The position numbers and the translations under genes were made by a program. A stretch of DNA of 64,000 nt from Candidatus Bathyarchaeota archaeon (GTDB taxonomy: Archaea > Thermoproteota > Bathyarchaeia > Bathyarchaeales > Bathycorpusculaceae): positions 2,009,840-2,073,839 of the forward strand of contig OY969706.1 of assembly GCA_963702095.1 (NCBI GenBank). Direction: 5' to 3'. The notes below the pieces were generated by a model that did not search any database, was not told the origin of the DNA, and worked only from the letters and a program-made list of their open reading frames with translations. The first letter of the stretch is position 1, and each line of letters starts with the position of its first letter. This document shows positions 35,729 to 46,274 of this stretch, one piece after another.

Positions 35729-36121
35729 TTGAAGATTGGCGAACTAATACAAGAATCAGACTGGCGCTCAGAAAAGCATGTTCCAGTCGTTGACTGTCCA
35801 GACACCGTCAAAAAAGACGAGTACTTCGAAGTCACAGCAGCTATAGGCAAAGAAATCGCACACCCCAACACAACCGCCCACCACATCAGCTGGATCACAC
35901 TCTACTTCCTCCCAGAAGGCGAAAAATTCCCCTACCAAATAGCAAAATGCGACTTCACCGCACACGGCGCCTCAGCTCAAGGACCCGACACAAGCACCGT
36001 ATACACCAACCACAAGGTTACCGCTTGGATGAAAACCAGCAAGTCCGGAACAATCTTTGCGGAGTCGCTTTGCAACATACATGGGCTTTGGCAGTTCTCT
36101 AAACAGATAAAAGTGCAGTAG
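35729..36121 (+). CDS. sor: Superoxide reductase (neelaredoxin / 1Fe-SOR)
   Basis: 130 aa, TTG start with GGAGGTGA 7 nt upstream. Iron ligand contexts are 'EKHVPVV', 'HPNTTAHHISWI' and 'CNIHGLW'. Confidence 0.92.
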   Translation: MKIGELIQESDWRSEKHVPVVDCPDTVKKDEYFEVTAAIGKEIAHPNTTAHHISWITLYFLPEGEKFPYQIAKCDFTAHGASAQGPDTSTVYTNHKVTAWMKTSKSGTIFAESLCNIHGLWQFSKQIKVQ

Positions 36122-36263
36122 CCACCCGACGAGGAGAGTGGTCTATTTGTCACTGCCCAATTTTTTAATCCACTATTTAATAGACTTTTAATTCGGCAGT
36201 TAGCGCGACGACAAATTATGAACGTGAAACGACAGATGAAGAGTTAGATAGGCAGCCAAAGAT

Positions 36264-36587
36264 TTGCAAGAGACTTGGGGTGAGGGAACGTTTTGGTGCG
36301 ACGCCCGCTTTCCTCAGTCTATTTTGAAGCTTTGCCGTGCAGGTCTAGACGCTAAGCCCTACACTTTCAAACGAGAAGATGGCTTGCGAGAACTTGGAAG
36401 CCGCCTAACACCTGCGAGTGATGGGCATCCCCGCCAGTTTGTAAGCAAACGCTGCGTTAACCTCATATCAGAATTGTTGGAGTATCGGGAAGACGTCAAG
36501 GAAAACGATCATGCGACCGATGCTTTGCGGTATAGTTTGCCGCTTACAGCCGAAGAGAAGCCGTTTCTGTATATAGTTAGACGTTGA
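36264..36587 (+). pseudogene. Remnant of a terminase large subunit (C-terminal nuclease-domain tail only)
   Basis: The 107-aa ORF ends with '...FVSKRCVNLISELLEYREDVKENDHATDALRYSLPL', matching the conserved terminase-6C end (c.nli.E...Y.w....kenDHa.DAlRY). The frame is closed by a stop immediately upstream, so the ATPase and most of the nuclease domain are absent. Confidence 0.65.
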
Positions 36588-36728
36588 CGATAGTGAGGAT
36601 ATACCCCACGTAGCAAGTCGATGGTCACGAAAGTTGACAATATGTTCTAGCTATTAGCTCAGGCTTAGTCAAGAAAGTTTGACGAATTCCCTTATATCAT
36701 TCATGCATTCTAACAACATATTGAAAGG

Positions 36729-37874
36729 ATGGATGGTATGAACAAAGGTTCAGTCTTAGCAATTGCTCTCATTTTTCTAATGTCATTGGGTGTGCTTCCA
36801 TTTGCTACAGTAAAGGCCCAATCAACAACGATTGTTGTTCCCGATAATTATCCATCAATTCAAGATGCGATAAATAACGCTAATGCAGGTGATACCATTT
36901 ACATCAAGACTGGTACTTATGTGGAAAATCCAGTTGTCAATAAATCGGTTTCATTGGTTGGGGAAGATAGGGATGCAACTGTAATTGATGTGACAGCAGG
37001 TTTGAAGGTAGAAAGCGATAATGTAACCATAACAGGCTTGACCATATATGATGGTTGGCAAGGAATAACAGTAACTGCAAACTATTCAAAAATTTCAGGA
37101 AACAAGATAACAGATACTCAATACGGCATAGTATTACTAAGTTCACAAAATAGCACTATAACGGAAAATACACTTCAATCAATCGGACTTTCGGCAGCTA
37201 TTCAATTAAGCTACTCAAACAACAATTTGCTTAAGAATAATTATATTGAATCGTGCACAGAGGGAATTCAGCTTAGAGCAGGCAGTTCAAATAATATGGT
37301 TATAGAAAATATCATAACAAACTGTCAAGATGTAGCTATACGATTACTAGCGGAATACTCTCCCCCAAGATGGTATAATCCAAACGGCAACACAATAATG
37401 CGAAATAATATCTCAAATTCAGGATGCGGAACATCCGTTTATGGTTCAAGCAATAACATCATATCAAATAATGACTATGTTAACAACACCATACAGTTTT
37501 CTGCTAATGAAGACTATTATCTTACATGGGGCGGTAGTCATTCAACTAATACTATTGACCGAAACTATTGGAGTAACTATAACGGGACAGACGCTAATAG
37601 AGATGGCATCGGTGACACCCCATTCATTATAGACTCCTACAATAAAGATAACAATCCTGTTATGGCCCCAATTCCAGTTACTTTACCTAATTATGGTCCA
37701 ACTTCCTCTCCAACCCCAACCATCAATACTGGTCCGCATATGCCAGAAACAGAGCCGTTCCCAACTTCAACACTTTTAGTTGGTGCTTTGATTCTTTTAG
37801 CGGTTGTTATCGCATCAGTTTTGCTTTTTAGAAGGCATCGAAAAACCGCTAATTTGGGTAAGAAGAGTCTATAG
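36729..37874 (+). CDS. Secreted NosD-like parallel beta-helix repeat protein with C-terminal TM anchor
   Basis: 381 aa with a signal peptide. 'IVVPDNYPSIQDAINNANAGDTIYIKTGTY' is the typical NosD/PbH1 start. 'YWSNYNGTDANRDGIGDTPFII' is the characteristic tail motif. 'LLVGALILLAVVIASVLLFRRHRK' is the anchor. Confidence 0.85.
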   Translation: MDGMNKGSVLAIALIFLMSLGVLPFATVKAQSTTIVVPDNYPSIQDAINNANAGDTIYIKTGTYVENPVVNKSVSLVGEDRDATVIDVTAGLKVESDNVTITGLTIYDGWQGITVTANYSKISGNKITDTQYGIVLLSSQNSTITENTLQSIGLSAAIQLSYSNNNLLKNNYIESCTEGIQLRAGSSNNMVIENIITNCQDVAIRLLAEYSPPRWYNPNGNTIMRNNISNSGCGTSVYGSSNNIISNNDYVNNTIQFSANEDYYLTWGGSHSTNTIDRNYWSNYNGTDANRDGIGDTPFIIDSYNKDNNPVMAPIPVTLPNYGPTSSPTPTINTGPHMPETEPFPTSTLLVGALILLAVVIASVLLFRRHRKTANLGKKSL

Positions 37875-38249
37875 CAAACCATAAATTCATTCTATTTTTA
37901 TACTGCTTATTGTGGTGACCTTGAACAATTTAAGTAGGAATCGTTTGGTCGGTGCGTTCGGAGCTATTGGTATAGCACACCCACAAAAGAAAAAACAAGT
38001 TAGCCCCTCCAAAGGGATGGGAGAGGCGGCAGAGCAACAGAGGCTTCTATGATCTTGATTGCTTCTGCTTGCAGAATCATATACAACCAGCTTGCAGACC
38101 GCAGAATCAGCCAACGCAAAAGCAGAGCCCATTGGAAGTTGTTGTGTATAGGGGGTTTCCTGCAACAACAACTATAGAAGAAACCATTTTTTAGAAAATA
38201 AGAAATAGAATTGTAACCCAATTTGCTCAGCTACAGGGTTGCTATTAGT

Positions 38250-38300
38250 GGGCTTTGACGTATATCCTGGATATATGCTCTCCTTGCTCCTCCAGTTAAG
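38250..38300 (-). promoter_or_regulatory. 3' half of the 16S rRNA processing stem (pairs with 39893-39940)
   Basis: GGGCTTTGACGTATA (38250-38264) is the perfect reverse complement of TATACGTCAAAGCCC (39926-39940). CCTCCAGTTAAG (38289-38300) pairs with CTTAACTGGA..GGAGG (39893-39910). The internal asymmetry between the two helices is compatible with a bulge-helix-bulge site. Confidence 0.6.
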
Positions 38301-38321
38301 CAGATACATGCTTATTTACTT

Positions 38322-39810
<1,489 letters not shown>

Positions 39811-39892
39811 TTATGCACTCCGATGTGATTTGTCGGATCTTTTGTTTTTTGTGTGGTACGAATATATTGACACATTTCCTCGCATTCTCTAA

Positions 39893-39940
39893 CTTAACTG
39901 GATTTGGAGGGAAAACATTCCACTCTATACGTCAAAGCCC
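39893..39940 (-). promoter_or_regulatory. 5' half of the 16S rRNA processing stem
   Basis: See the partner at 38250-38300. The complementarity was read directly from the sequence. Confidence 0.6.
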
Positions 39941-40113
39941 AATTCAGACCTAACTGAGCAATTAGTCAGGTCTACATACGTGTCCCCGCAATTGGAGGCC
40001 AACTCCATCATCCCTGTAAGGCGAATCGCCGTTTCGGTACGGGTTGAGCCGCCGCCATGTGAAATTGCGGGGCTAGCAATTGTAGCTGAATTCTAACAGA
40101 AGTGACCTTAATT

Positions 40114-40129
40114 GATATAAAGGTTTCTT
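40114..40129 (-). promoter_or_regulatory. Candidate rRNA promoter (BRE-like AAGAAACC plus TATA box TTTATATC on the minus strand)
   Basis: The minus strand reads AAAGAAACCTTTATATCAATTAAGG about 300 nt upstream of the mature 16S 5' end. This is the only strong TATA-like box between the inverted-repeat copy and the processing stem. Confidence 0.3.
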
Positions 40130-40460
40130 TTAACCCCATACAAACGTCGCCTACCATAGTAGACCGCGTTTTATGAGTCTCCTTCTGCCTAACAACATAT
40201 TGTTTTGATTAGTTTTTAACGTTTCGACTCAGTTTTTGAAGAACACAGCGTTTCCACAGTTGGGCTTTAGAGGGGAGTTTTGGGCTTTTTCAGAGGGAAA
40301 AGCCGTTGATAAGCAGCAAAACAGTGAAAAAAAGGTTTCCCCCCGCAACTTCCCTCCCCAAAACTGATTTTCGACGTATTAATGGGCTGATTTAAGCCAA
40401 TATGGACTTACAGTTTTTTGGGATGCCCTTTTGATTTACAAAAGTCCCTTTTGTTTAGCC

Positions 40461-40567
40461 TTTCTCTCTTTATGTGGGTGTGGCGTTTTATGGGGTGCCC
40501 CAAGATGGGTTGAGATGGCGATGGCTTTTTGTGGAGGCGTTGCGTTTTGGCGCCTGTTTCGGTGTGG
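40461..40567 (-). repeat. Copy 2 of the roughly 107-nt inverted repeat (partner at 31221-31327)
   Basis: Plus strand TTTCTCTCTTTATGTGGGTGTGGCGTTTT (40461-40489) and CTGTTTCGGTGTGG (40554-40567) are exact reverse complements of the copy-1 terminal blocks. Confidence 0.7.
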
Positions 40568-40872
40568 AAAGTGCGATTTCTTCCACAAGTGACCAGCAAT
40601 GAACAGCGCAATGCAAGCGGGCACTAGCATAGCCCTCCGACAACCTAAGCCACCTCTCACACCCAACCAACCCCGCCCCAAAAAAGAATCCCCACAAACA
40701 AAAACACAACAAAAAAGCACAATACAACCAACAAAACCCCTCACCCCAAAACAGCCCAAAGCCCATCAAAATAGCCCCGACACACCGCAACCAAACCCAC
40801 ATGCCGACTCCACAAATCAGGTCCACTTGCCAAACGGACAGCCCCCATCAAACGCAACCGCCACGGCGTTTC

Positions 40873-41376
40873 CTAAGGAATAGCACCGCTTATCATGTTG
40901 TTGATATCTAAGTCGGCGAATTGCCCAGTTATCCATTCTGCGATTTGGTCTCTTACTGTGCGGAACGCTTGGAGTTTTTCTTCTTCTGTGCCGTCCACTT
41001 CGGAGAGGTCGCTAAATCCATGGACCAAATAATGTTTGGTTTTATGCAGTTTTGCGTTGATAACTTGGGGTCGCCCCATGACGAGGGGTGATGAGCAGAG
41101 TGCGCAGAGTGTTTTGGCGCTGCTTTTACACACCGACACTGCTAAGTCGATTTCTTTGTCACTAAAGTCATCTAGGCTCTTAGAGTACTGTTTTGAGATG
41201 TCTACTCCTATTTCTGCCATAGCTTTAACAGCCAATGGATTAACTTTTGTCGGGTTGGTACCAGCACTGAAAACTTTGTATTTTTCCCCGTAAATGTGCC
41301 GCAACAACCCTTCCGCCATCTGGGAGCGTGCGGAGTTGTGGGTGCAGATAAAGAGGATTCTTGGTTTAGGCATCAT
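40873..41376 (-). CDS. Low-molecular-weight phosphatase family protein (ArsC-type arsenate reductase / LMW-PTP)
   Basis: 167 aa. 'ILFICTHNSARSQMAEGLL' is the CX5R(S) P-loop. 'GVDISKQYSKSLDDF' and a later Cys-rich segment are compatible with thioredoxin-coupled ArsC. Confidence 0.8.
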   Translation of the reverse strand: MMPKPRILFICTHNSARSQMAEGLLRHIYGEKYKVFSAGTNPTKVNPLAVKAMAEIGVDISKQYSKSLDDFSDKEIDLAVSVCKSSAKTLCALCSSPLVMGRPQVINAKLHKTKHYLVHGFSDLSEVDGTEEEKLQAFRTVRDQIAEWITGQFADLDINNMISGAIP

Positions 41377-41426
41377 CTGGATTTACTCTGAAATTCTTCC
41401 TTTTAACCAATTCGTCAGTATTCTAA

Positions 41427-41714
41427 TTAGGCGCGCCCATGCTCTACCTTCTTTATTTCTGACCGTTTAGTGGGACGGTAAATTATGACCAGCCAGTTGT
41501 CTGCTGAAACGTTGACTTGGTATCCGTATTGCTGTGCGATGGTTTCCACACACCGTAGCCTGCTGGCAGTAACCTTCATTTTGATGTGCACTTGGTAGCC
41601 TTTGGAGAGCAAGCTGCTTTCATTGGGCTCAATAAGCATAAGCGAGGAGCCACGGATGTCTTTGCATTCCTCATCGATTTCACGAATAATGCTTATAGCT
41701 TCTTCCCTGTTCAA
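41427..41714 (-). CDS. Hypothetical small protein
   Basis: 95-aa ORF, co-oriented with the ArsC-like gene downstream. Confidence 0.45.
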   Translation of the reverse strand: MNREEAISIIREIDEECKDIRGSSLMLIEPNESSLLSKGYQVHIKMKVTASRLRCVETIAQQYGYQVNVSADNWLVIIYRPTKRSEIKKVEHGRA

Positions 41715-41862
41715 AACCTAAAACCACTGAACAATGAGTGTGGAGCGCCTTATTTCTGCTTGCTGTTGATTAGCTACAATCACTAAGCCAGAAGATAACT
41801 TTAAGAATTAAGATTTAAAAAAAATAAAAAGGGAAAGGGAATTTGATTTTACCCTTAGATAC

Positions 41863-44433
41863 TTAGTGTTTCTTAACTGCCATCATGATGACTGCGCCGA
41901 CTATGGCAATTGCGATGATTATTGCAATTGTCGAAGCAGCGAAGTACATCTCAGTAGGTGGCAATGCTTGAACCGGGGCAGGTGTTGGAGTTGCTGCTGC
42001 TGGATCAACGGTAAATGCTGTATCAGCGCTTGATGAGTAGTATGATTCTGAGCCTGCGAAGACTGCGTAGACAGTGAATGGACCTTCGATGTCTGGCATC
42101 CAATTGAAACTGAAGAATCCGTCAGCATTGCTTGTGGTACAGCCGACTTGGCGGTAGTTGCCATTAGCATCAAGCACATAGATATCAACGTTAACACCGG
42201 TAGCATTGTACGGTTTAGGCTGCTGCCCATAGAGGTACTCCATCCACTCCTCCATACTTGCATCTGAAACTGCTGGAGTGCCAGCGGCTGGGATGCCTAA
42301 GCATGTTTCGCCTGGAGACTGATCTGTAACAGTACCGCGAATAGTCACACTAGAGCCCATAGATACAGCACTCATAGGAGCATCAACAGTGACTGCGCTT
42401 CTACCTTTACCGTATGCATAGATTTGGTTGTCATACGAGTTAGGTAGCAGTAACACGCCGTCTGCTGCGCCGACTACTGGACTGTTGGAGTGGCAGAAGC
42501 TTAGTATTTGCCAGACTGTTTCGCCTGTAGTTGCGTTGATAGCTACTGCATGTGAGCCTCGGAACATTGGCGGGTTGTATGTGTGGCCTTGGTTAATGAA
42601 GACTTTGCCGTCAGCAACGAGTTCAATGACTTTACCTGGGAATGAACCGTAGACTGTGTCATAGCCCGAGTCACCAGCGTACCATGTCCATTTGAGTTCG
42701 CCAGTGTTGGCGTCCCAAGCATAGACGTGGCCGTCAAAGGTACCTTGGTAGAGCATGCCGTAGGCTTCGATTGGTCGATAGGCTGCGAAGTAAGTCCACA
42801 TGTTACCTCCGTCTGGGAAGTAGCATTTACAGACTAGTGCGCCTGTGTCTGCGTTGTAGAGGTCAATTGATTGTTTGCCCTCTGTGACAAGTTCACAGTA
42901 TTTGCCATTGCCAGAGGTGTAGAGAAGAATTCTGTTCCATGGGGCTTCGTTGGTGCGGTTTACGAGGAATTTTTGGTGTCCGTCTGTTAAGTCGTAGCCT
43001 GCTTCTACTTGCCAGTTTGCCCAGTTTCCAGTGGTGCCATAGCCCATGATGACTGAGTTACCGGATATGCCTATGTTGCCACTTGATTGTGGACCAGAGA
43101 GAGTCAGTCGAATCGGGTTGCCATCAATGCTCATTGCGATGGGTGCCTGCCATTGGATGCCGTAGGTCCAGTTGAGTGTCGAGCCCTGGGTTGGTTGGAA
43201 TCTCCAGTTTGAGATGTCACCGGTTCCGTTTCTTGCAAGTATGCATCGACTTGAGTTCCAGCATGTGAGATAGTACTGGCTTTGGTTGCTTGTGTCAATG
43301 TAGTAGTCAAGTATGCTGCCGTCATCTGAAGCCATAAAGTCGCCGTTAGTATTGCCGCCGAAGATGTCGAGTATCCAGTTGCCTGTGGTTGCCTCATACA
43401 TAGACCATGTTGAGCCAGAAGTAGACCAAAGATACGCTTGTCCGCCGTATTGATTAGGTGAAATATAATTGTAGACCTGACCCATTCTTAGGGTTCCCTT
43501 CCAATCGTTCCGATCCCAGACGATTTCGCCTGTCTTGATGTTCTGAGCGATTGTGCCTTCAGGTAAAGATCCGCTTGCGGGTAGGTAAGTGTAGTAGACA
43601 ATGCCGTTAATGATGACTTCCTTGAACTTGCATTCATACTGAGCAGTAGCATAATAATTGCTATTCAATGTATCACCATATTCGCCGCCGATCAAGCCGC
43701 CGGGGGCTAATGGTGTAGTCCATAGAACATGTGGAGTGTTAACGATTTGGACGTAGGGGTCGAAGTTGCCGGTCATGTTATAGCCGTAGCCAGCGTTGGT
43801 GTATGCTTGCATGCCGAACCAGTTGCCGCTGATGGTGTTCCAGTTGTTGTTCATCATGTTTATGGGGCGTTGCCAGTAATCAGTCGGTAATGGATTGTTT
43901 GGGAGACTGGTTGCGTGTTCATCAGTTACTGTGACAGTTACTACTTCGCTGTCACTTGGCAGGTATTTATCACCGATGTAGACTGCATAGCTTGCATAGC
44001 TTCCAACCCATCCTCCCGGCGGCGGGTTTTCACCGGTTAGTTCTTCGCCGAGGAAGTGGCATTGGAAGGTGTAGTTTCCTTCGCGGTCAGGTGTCCATGT
44101 AGTGTAAGAGAAGCCAGTATCGTCAGCTACGAAGCCTGTAAGGGTTTTGCTTGTTCCGTCAGGATAGCCAATTGTGAGGGTAAGGTTGTTCCATCTGTCG
44201 CCATATCTGGTGGCAACGGTCATGGGGACTTTGTCGATGCCGAAGGTAACGAATGCTTCCTGTCCGACGCCTACTGGGCGCGGGTTGACTTCAACGTATG
44301 CATAAGTGGTTACTGTGTAGGGGTGGTTGTCTGCTTTTGCGGTTGGAATAGCGATTATGGCTGCTGCAATTGATAGCAATAGTATAGCAGTTAGGGTAGT
44401 TGCTAATATTTTATTAAATTTTTTGCTTTGCAT
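41863..44433 (-). CDS. Secreted PQQ-like (BamB-type) beta-propeller repeat protein with Ig-like C-terminal region and TM anchor
   Basis: 856 aa with a signal peptide. Repeated 'a.d..TGe..W' blades ('AQNIKTGEIVWD', 'LYNADTGALVCK', 'VYAWDANTGELKWTW', 'AINATTGETVWQ'). C-terminal 'ATPTPAPVQALPP...IAIIIAIAIVGAVIMMAVKKH'. Confidence 0.85.
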   Translation of the reverse strand: MQSKKFNKILATTLTAILLLSIAAAIIAIPTAKADNHPYTVTTYAYVEVNPRPVGVGQEAFVTFGIDKVPMTVATRYGDRWNNLTLTIGYPDGTSKTLTGFVADDTGFSYTTWTPDREGNYTFQCHFLGEELTGENPPPGGWVGSYASYAVYIGDKYLPSDSEVVTVTVTDEHATSLPNNPLPTDYWQRPINMMNNNWNTISGNWFGMQAYTNAGYGYNMTGNFDPYVQIVNTPHVLWTTPLAPGGLIGGEYGDTLNSNYYATAQYECKFKEVIINGIVYYTYLPASGSLPEGTIAQNIKTGEIVWDRNDWKGTLRMGQVYNYISPNQYGGQAYLWSTSGSTWSMYEATTGNWILDIFGGNTNGDFMASDDGSILDYYIDTSNQSQYYLTCWNSSRCILARNGTGDISNWRFQPTQGSTLNWTYGIQWQAPIAMSIDGNPIRLTLSGPQSSGNIGISGNSVIMGYGTTGNWANWQVEAGYDLTDGHQKFLVNRTNEAPWNRILLYTSGNGKYCELVTEGKQSIDLYNADTGALVCKCYFPDGGNMWTYFAAYRPIEAYGMLYQGTFDGHVYAWDANTGELKWTWYAGDSGYDTVYGSFPGKVIELVADGKVFINQGHTYNPPMFRGSHAVAINATTGETVWQILSFCHSNSPVVGAADGVLLLPNSYDNQIYAYGKGRSAVTVDAPMSAVSMGSSVTIRGTVTDQSPGETCLGIPAAGTPAVSDASMEEWMEYLYGQQPKPYNATGVNVDIYVLDANGNYRQVGCTTSNADGFFSFNWMPDIEGPFTVYAVFAGSESYYSSSADTAFTVDPAAATPTPAPVQALPPTEMYFAASTIAIIIAIAIVGAVIMMAVKKH

Positions 44434-45516
44434 TTTTTCAACTCTTTTATCCTTAAACGGGTTAAGGATGCCATTTATGTGTAGTTGATCGCTATTTAAG
44501 AATTATGCAAATAAACGCACACAAGTTAACATGGTTGCTTTGAGATGAATAAAGAAAGCATCGATAAAATGCTTTTGAACAATTCATTATAATCCTAAAT
44601 ATTATTGTTCTTAAGCATTTTAGAAAAAGTTAAAAAAACAAGTTAACTACCAAAATTTGAAATCTAAGACCCTAAAGAATAAAGAAAAGAGCATTTTTTA
44701 AACAAAACCAACCGATAATGTGGACCCTAACAGCGCCAACTCAGATGACGATGGATGAAGAGGGGGCGAAGAAACTTAACAGGAACCACCAAGCCCTCTG
44801 CCGTCGAAAAGGCTACAAACGACGGTACACAAAAAAAGTTTTTCTTCCCAACCCTCTTTCGTTGGCGCTGATGTTTGAACTCCGTGCATCTCCGAGAAGT
44901 ACCTGTCATAATCCGCTCATAATGCGAAGGTTTTCTATATGCTTACGGGTATTTACCGTCAGAAGTCATTTTGGGCTCCAATTCCACGCGATCACTATTC
45001 GAGCATGCGGTAATCTATCGCTTTGTTACTGCAGGGTGTGCCCACATTATCTTTTATTTCTATTTGAAAATTAGGTTGTTGTGTGGAAAAGGAGTGAATG
45101 GTGCCCGACAGTTGGGCGGGTCCGGCTGCTAAAGTTGAGAAGGCATGGATCTACAATTTTTGTGCTTGCTCAACCTTAGCACGGGGCTGAATCCGCTTAA
45201 CAACTTTTTTTGCGCACAAGTGTTGTAGTGCTACTACAATCACATTGTTATTTATGGTTCTACGTGGATATATCTGATACAGAAAAGGTTAGCTTAAAAA
45301 CAGGCGAGGTTGTGTTTCCCCTCTCTCTTCCTGAAAATTTCGCTTGTTTTTAAGCTGATCTTCCCCTCTCGACCCACCTCATTTTATTGTTTAGCTAAAT
45401 AAAAATTTATTGACCTTATACCGCTAACTTGTTTGGGGTACTTCCTTCCCTATTCCATCCAAAAAAGCGTTTAGCCGGGTAAAGCTTTATTGACACTTTT
45501 CCTTTTGTAGGTTGTT

Positions 45517-45657
45517 ATGCCGACGTTTGAATGCAGTGTATGTGGGCGCAAAATACGCGGTGAATTTGAGGTTTCCTGCACAGGCGATGCGAAAAGGAAC
45601 GTAGAGAAGGCGCCCTGGTGCTGTGGCAGAGAAATGATTGAATCAATCGACGACTAA
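45517..45657 (+). CDS. Possible 46-aa zinc-ribbon-like protein (absent from the ORF track)
   Basis: Own translation: MPTFECSVCGRKIRGEFEVSCTGDAKRNVEKAPWCCGREMIESIDD (CxxC ... CC). Confidence 0.35.
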   Translation: MPTFECSVCGRKIRGEFEVSCTGDAKRNVEKAPWCCGREMIESIDD

Positions 45658-46139
45658 AGCTTTGAATTTGTGTAGAAGGTTGCTAAGAACTGCTTGAGGT
45701 TTCTATGCAGTCTAATTGCGGGTTGCCTTAGACACTCTGTGAATTCAGGGCTTGGCTGAAAGTACCCATGCTGTGTAAGGTAAAAGATTACACTTGAGTA
45801 GTCGCCTGCTAATGCACATGTGATTTCTTTTCTGCCCAACTCAAGGTAGGCGTAATAGCGGTGGTGCCCGTCTAAAACTGCATACAGGTCTTTACGCGGA
45901 TGCTTAACAACGATTAGGGGGTTGATTTTTTGTTTTTCAACGATTTTTTGCTTGTAAACCTTTATGCCCTGCCTAGAAACCTTGGAGTCAGCAACCAACT
46001 TTTCTGTAGGTAAACAAACAGCGTATTTGTTAGGGTGCAAAAAGACATCAACGTTTATTTCAGTTTGTCCGCTGATAAATTTCGAGAAATCATCCTTCAA
46101 AGAATAAAACAAAGCTACAACCGACAACAAAAACCGCAC
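45654..46139 (-). CDS. ParB/Srx-fold (ParB N-terminal nuclease-like) domain protein
   Basis: 161 aa, GTG start. 'INPLIVVKHPRKDLYAVLDGHHRYYAYLELGRKEI' carries the ParB-type DGHHR motif. Confidence 0.7.
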   Translation of the reverse strand: MRFLLSVVALFYSLKDDFSKFISGQTEINVDVFLHPNKYAVCLPTEKLVADSKVSRQGIKVYKQKIVEKQKINPLIVVKHPRKDLYAVLDGHHRYYAYLELGRKEITCALAGDYSSVIFYLTQHGYFQPSPEFTECLRQPAIRLHRNLKQFLATFYTNSKL

Positions 46140-46274
46140 GTTACCAGTATTTTGTGTCTCTAACGCTAAATTAAGTCTTACATTGCTTGTTTAACCACTA
46201 AACAAATAAAGGATTCTCCATAAAAAAATACGCGTTCAATTTCTTAGGATCCAAAAGAAAATAAAACTGGGAAA

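Noticed and set aside
37887-38221. Minus-strand ORFs of 94 and 73 aa just downstream of the 16S 3' end
   Set aside because: They overlap each other and lie in the rRNA 3' spacer or trailer. Their sequence is Cys/Ser-rich and implausible, with no RBS. I also looked here for a spacer tRNA or the start of a 23S gene and found neither.
44741-44870. C/D-box sRNA interpretation (AGATGACGA / GGATGAAG near the 5' stem, CTGA near the 3' stem)
   Set aside because: The box order relative to the terminal stem is wrong, because the CTGA lies after the 3' stem strand. The length (130 nt) is also about twice that of archaeal C/D sRNAs.
44718-45074. 118-aa plus-strand ORF and the antisense 60-aa ORF (44727-44909)
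   Set aside because: The composition is Arg/Cys/Leu/Phe-rich, with no recognisable motif and no RBS. I treat the region as non-coding (see the finding on 44434-45516).
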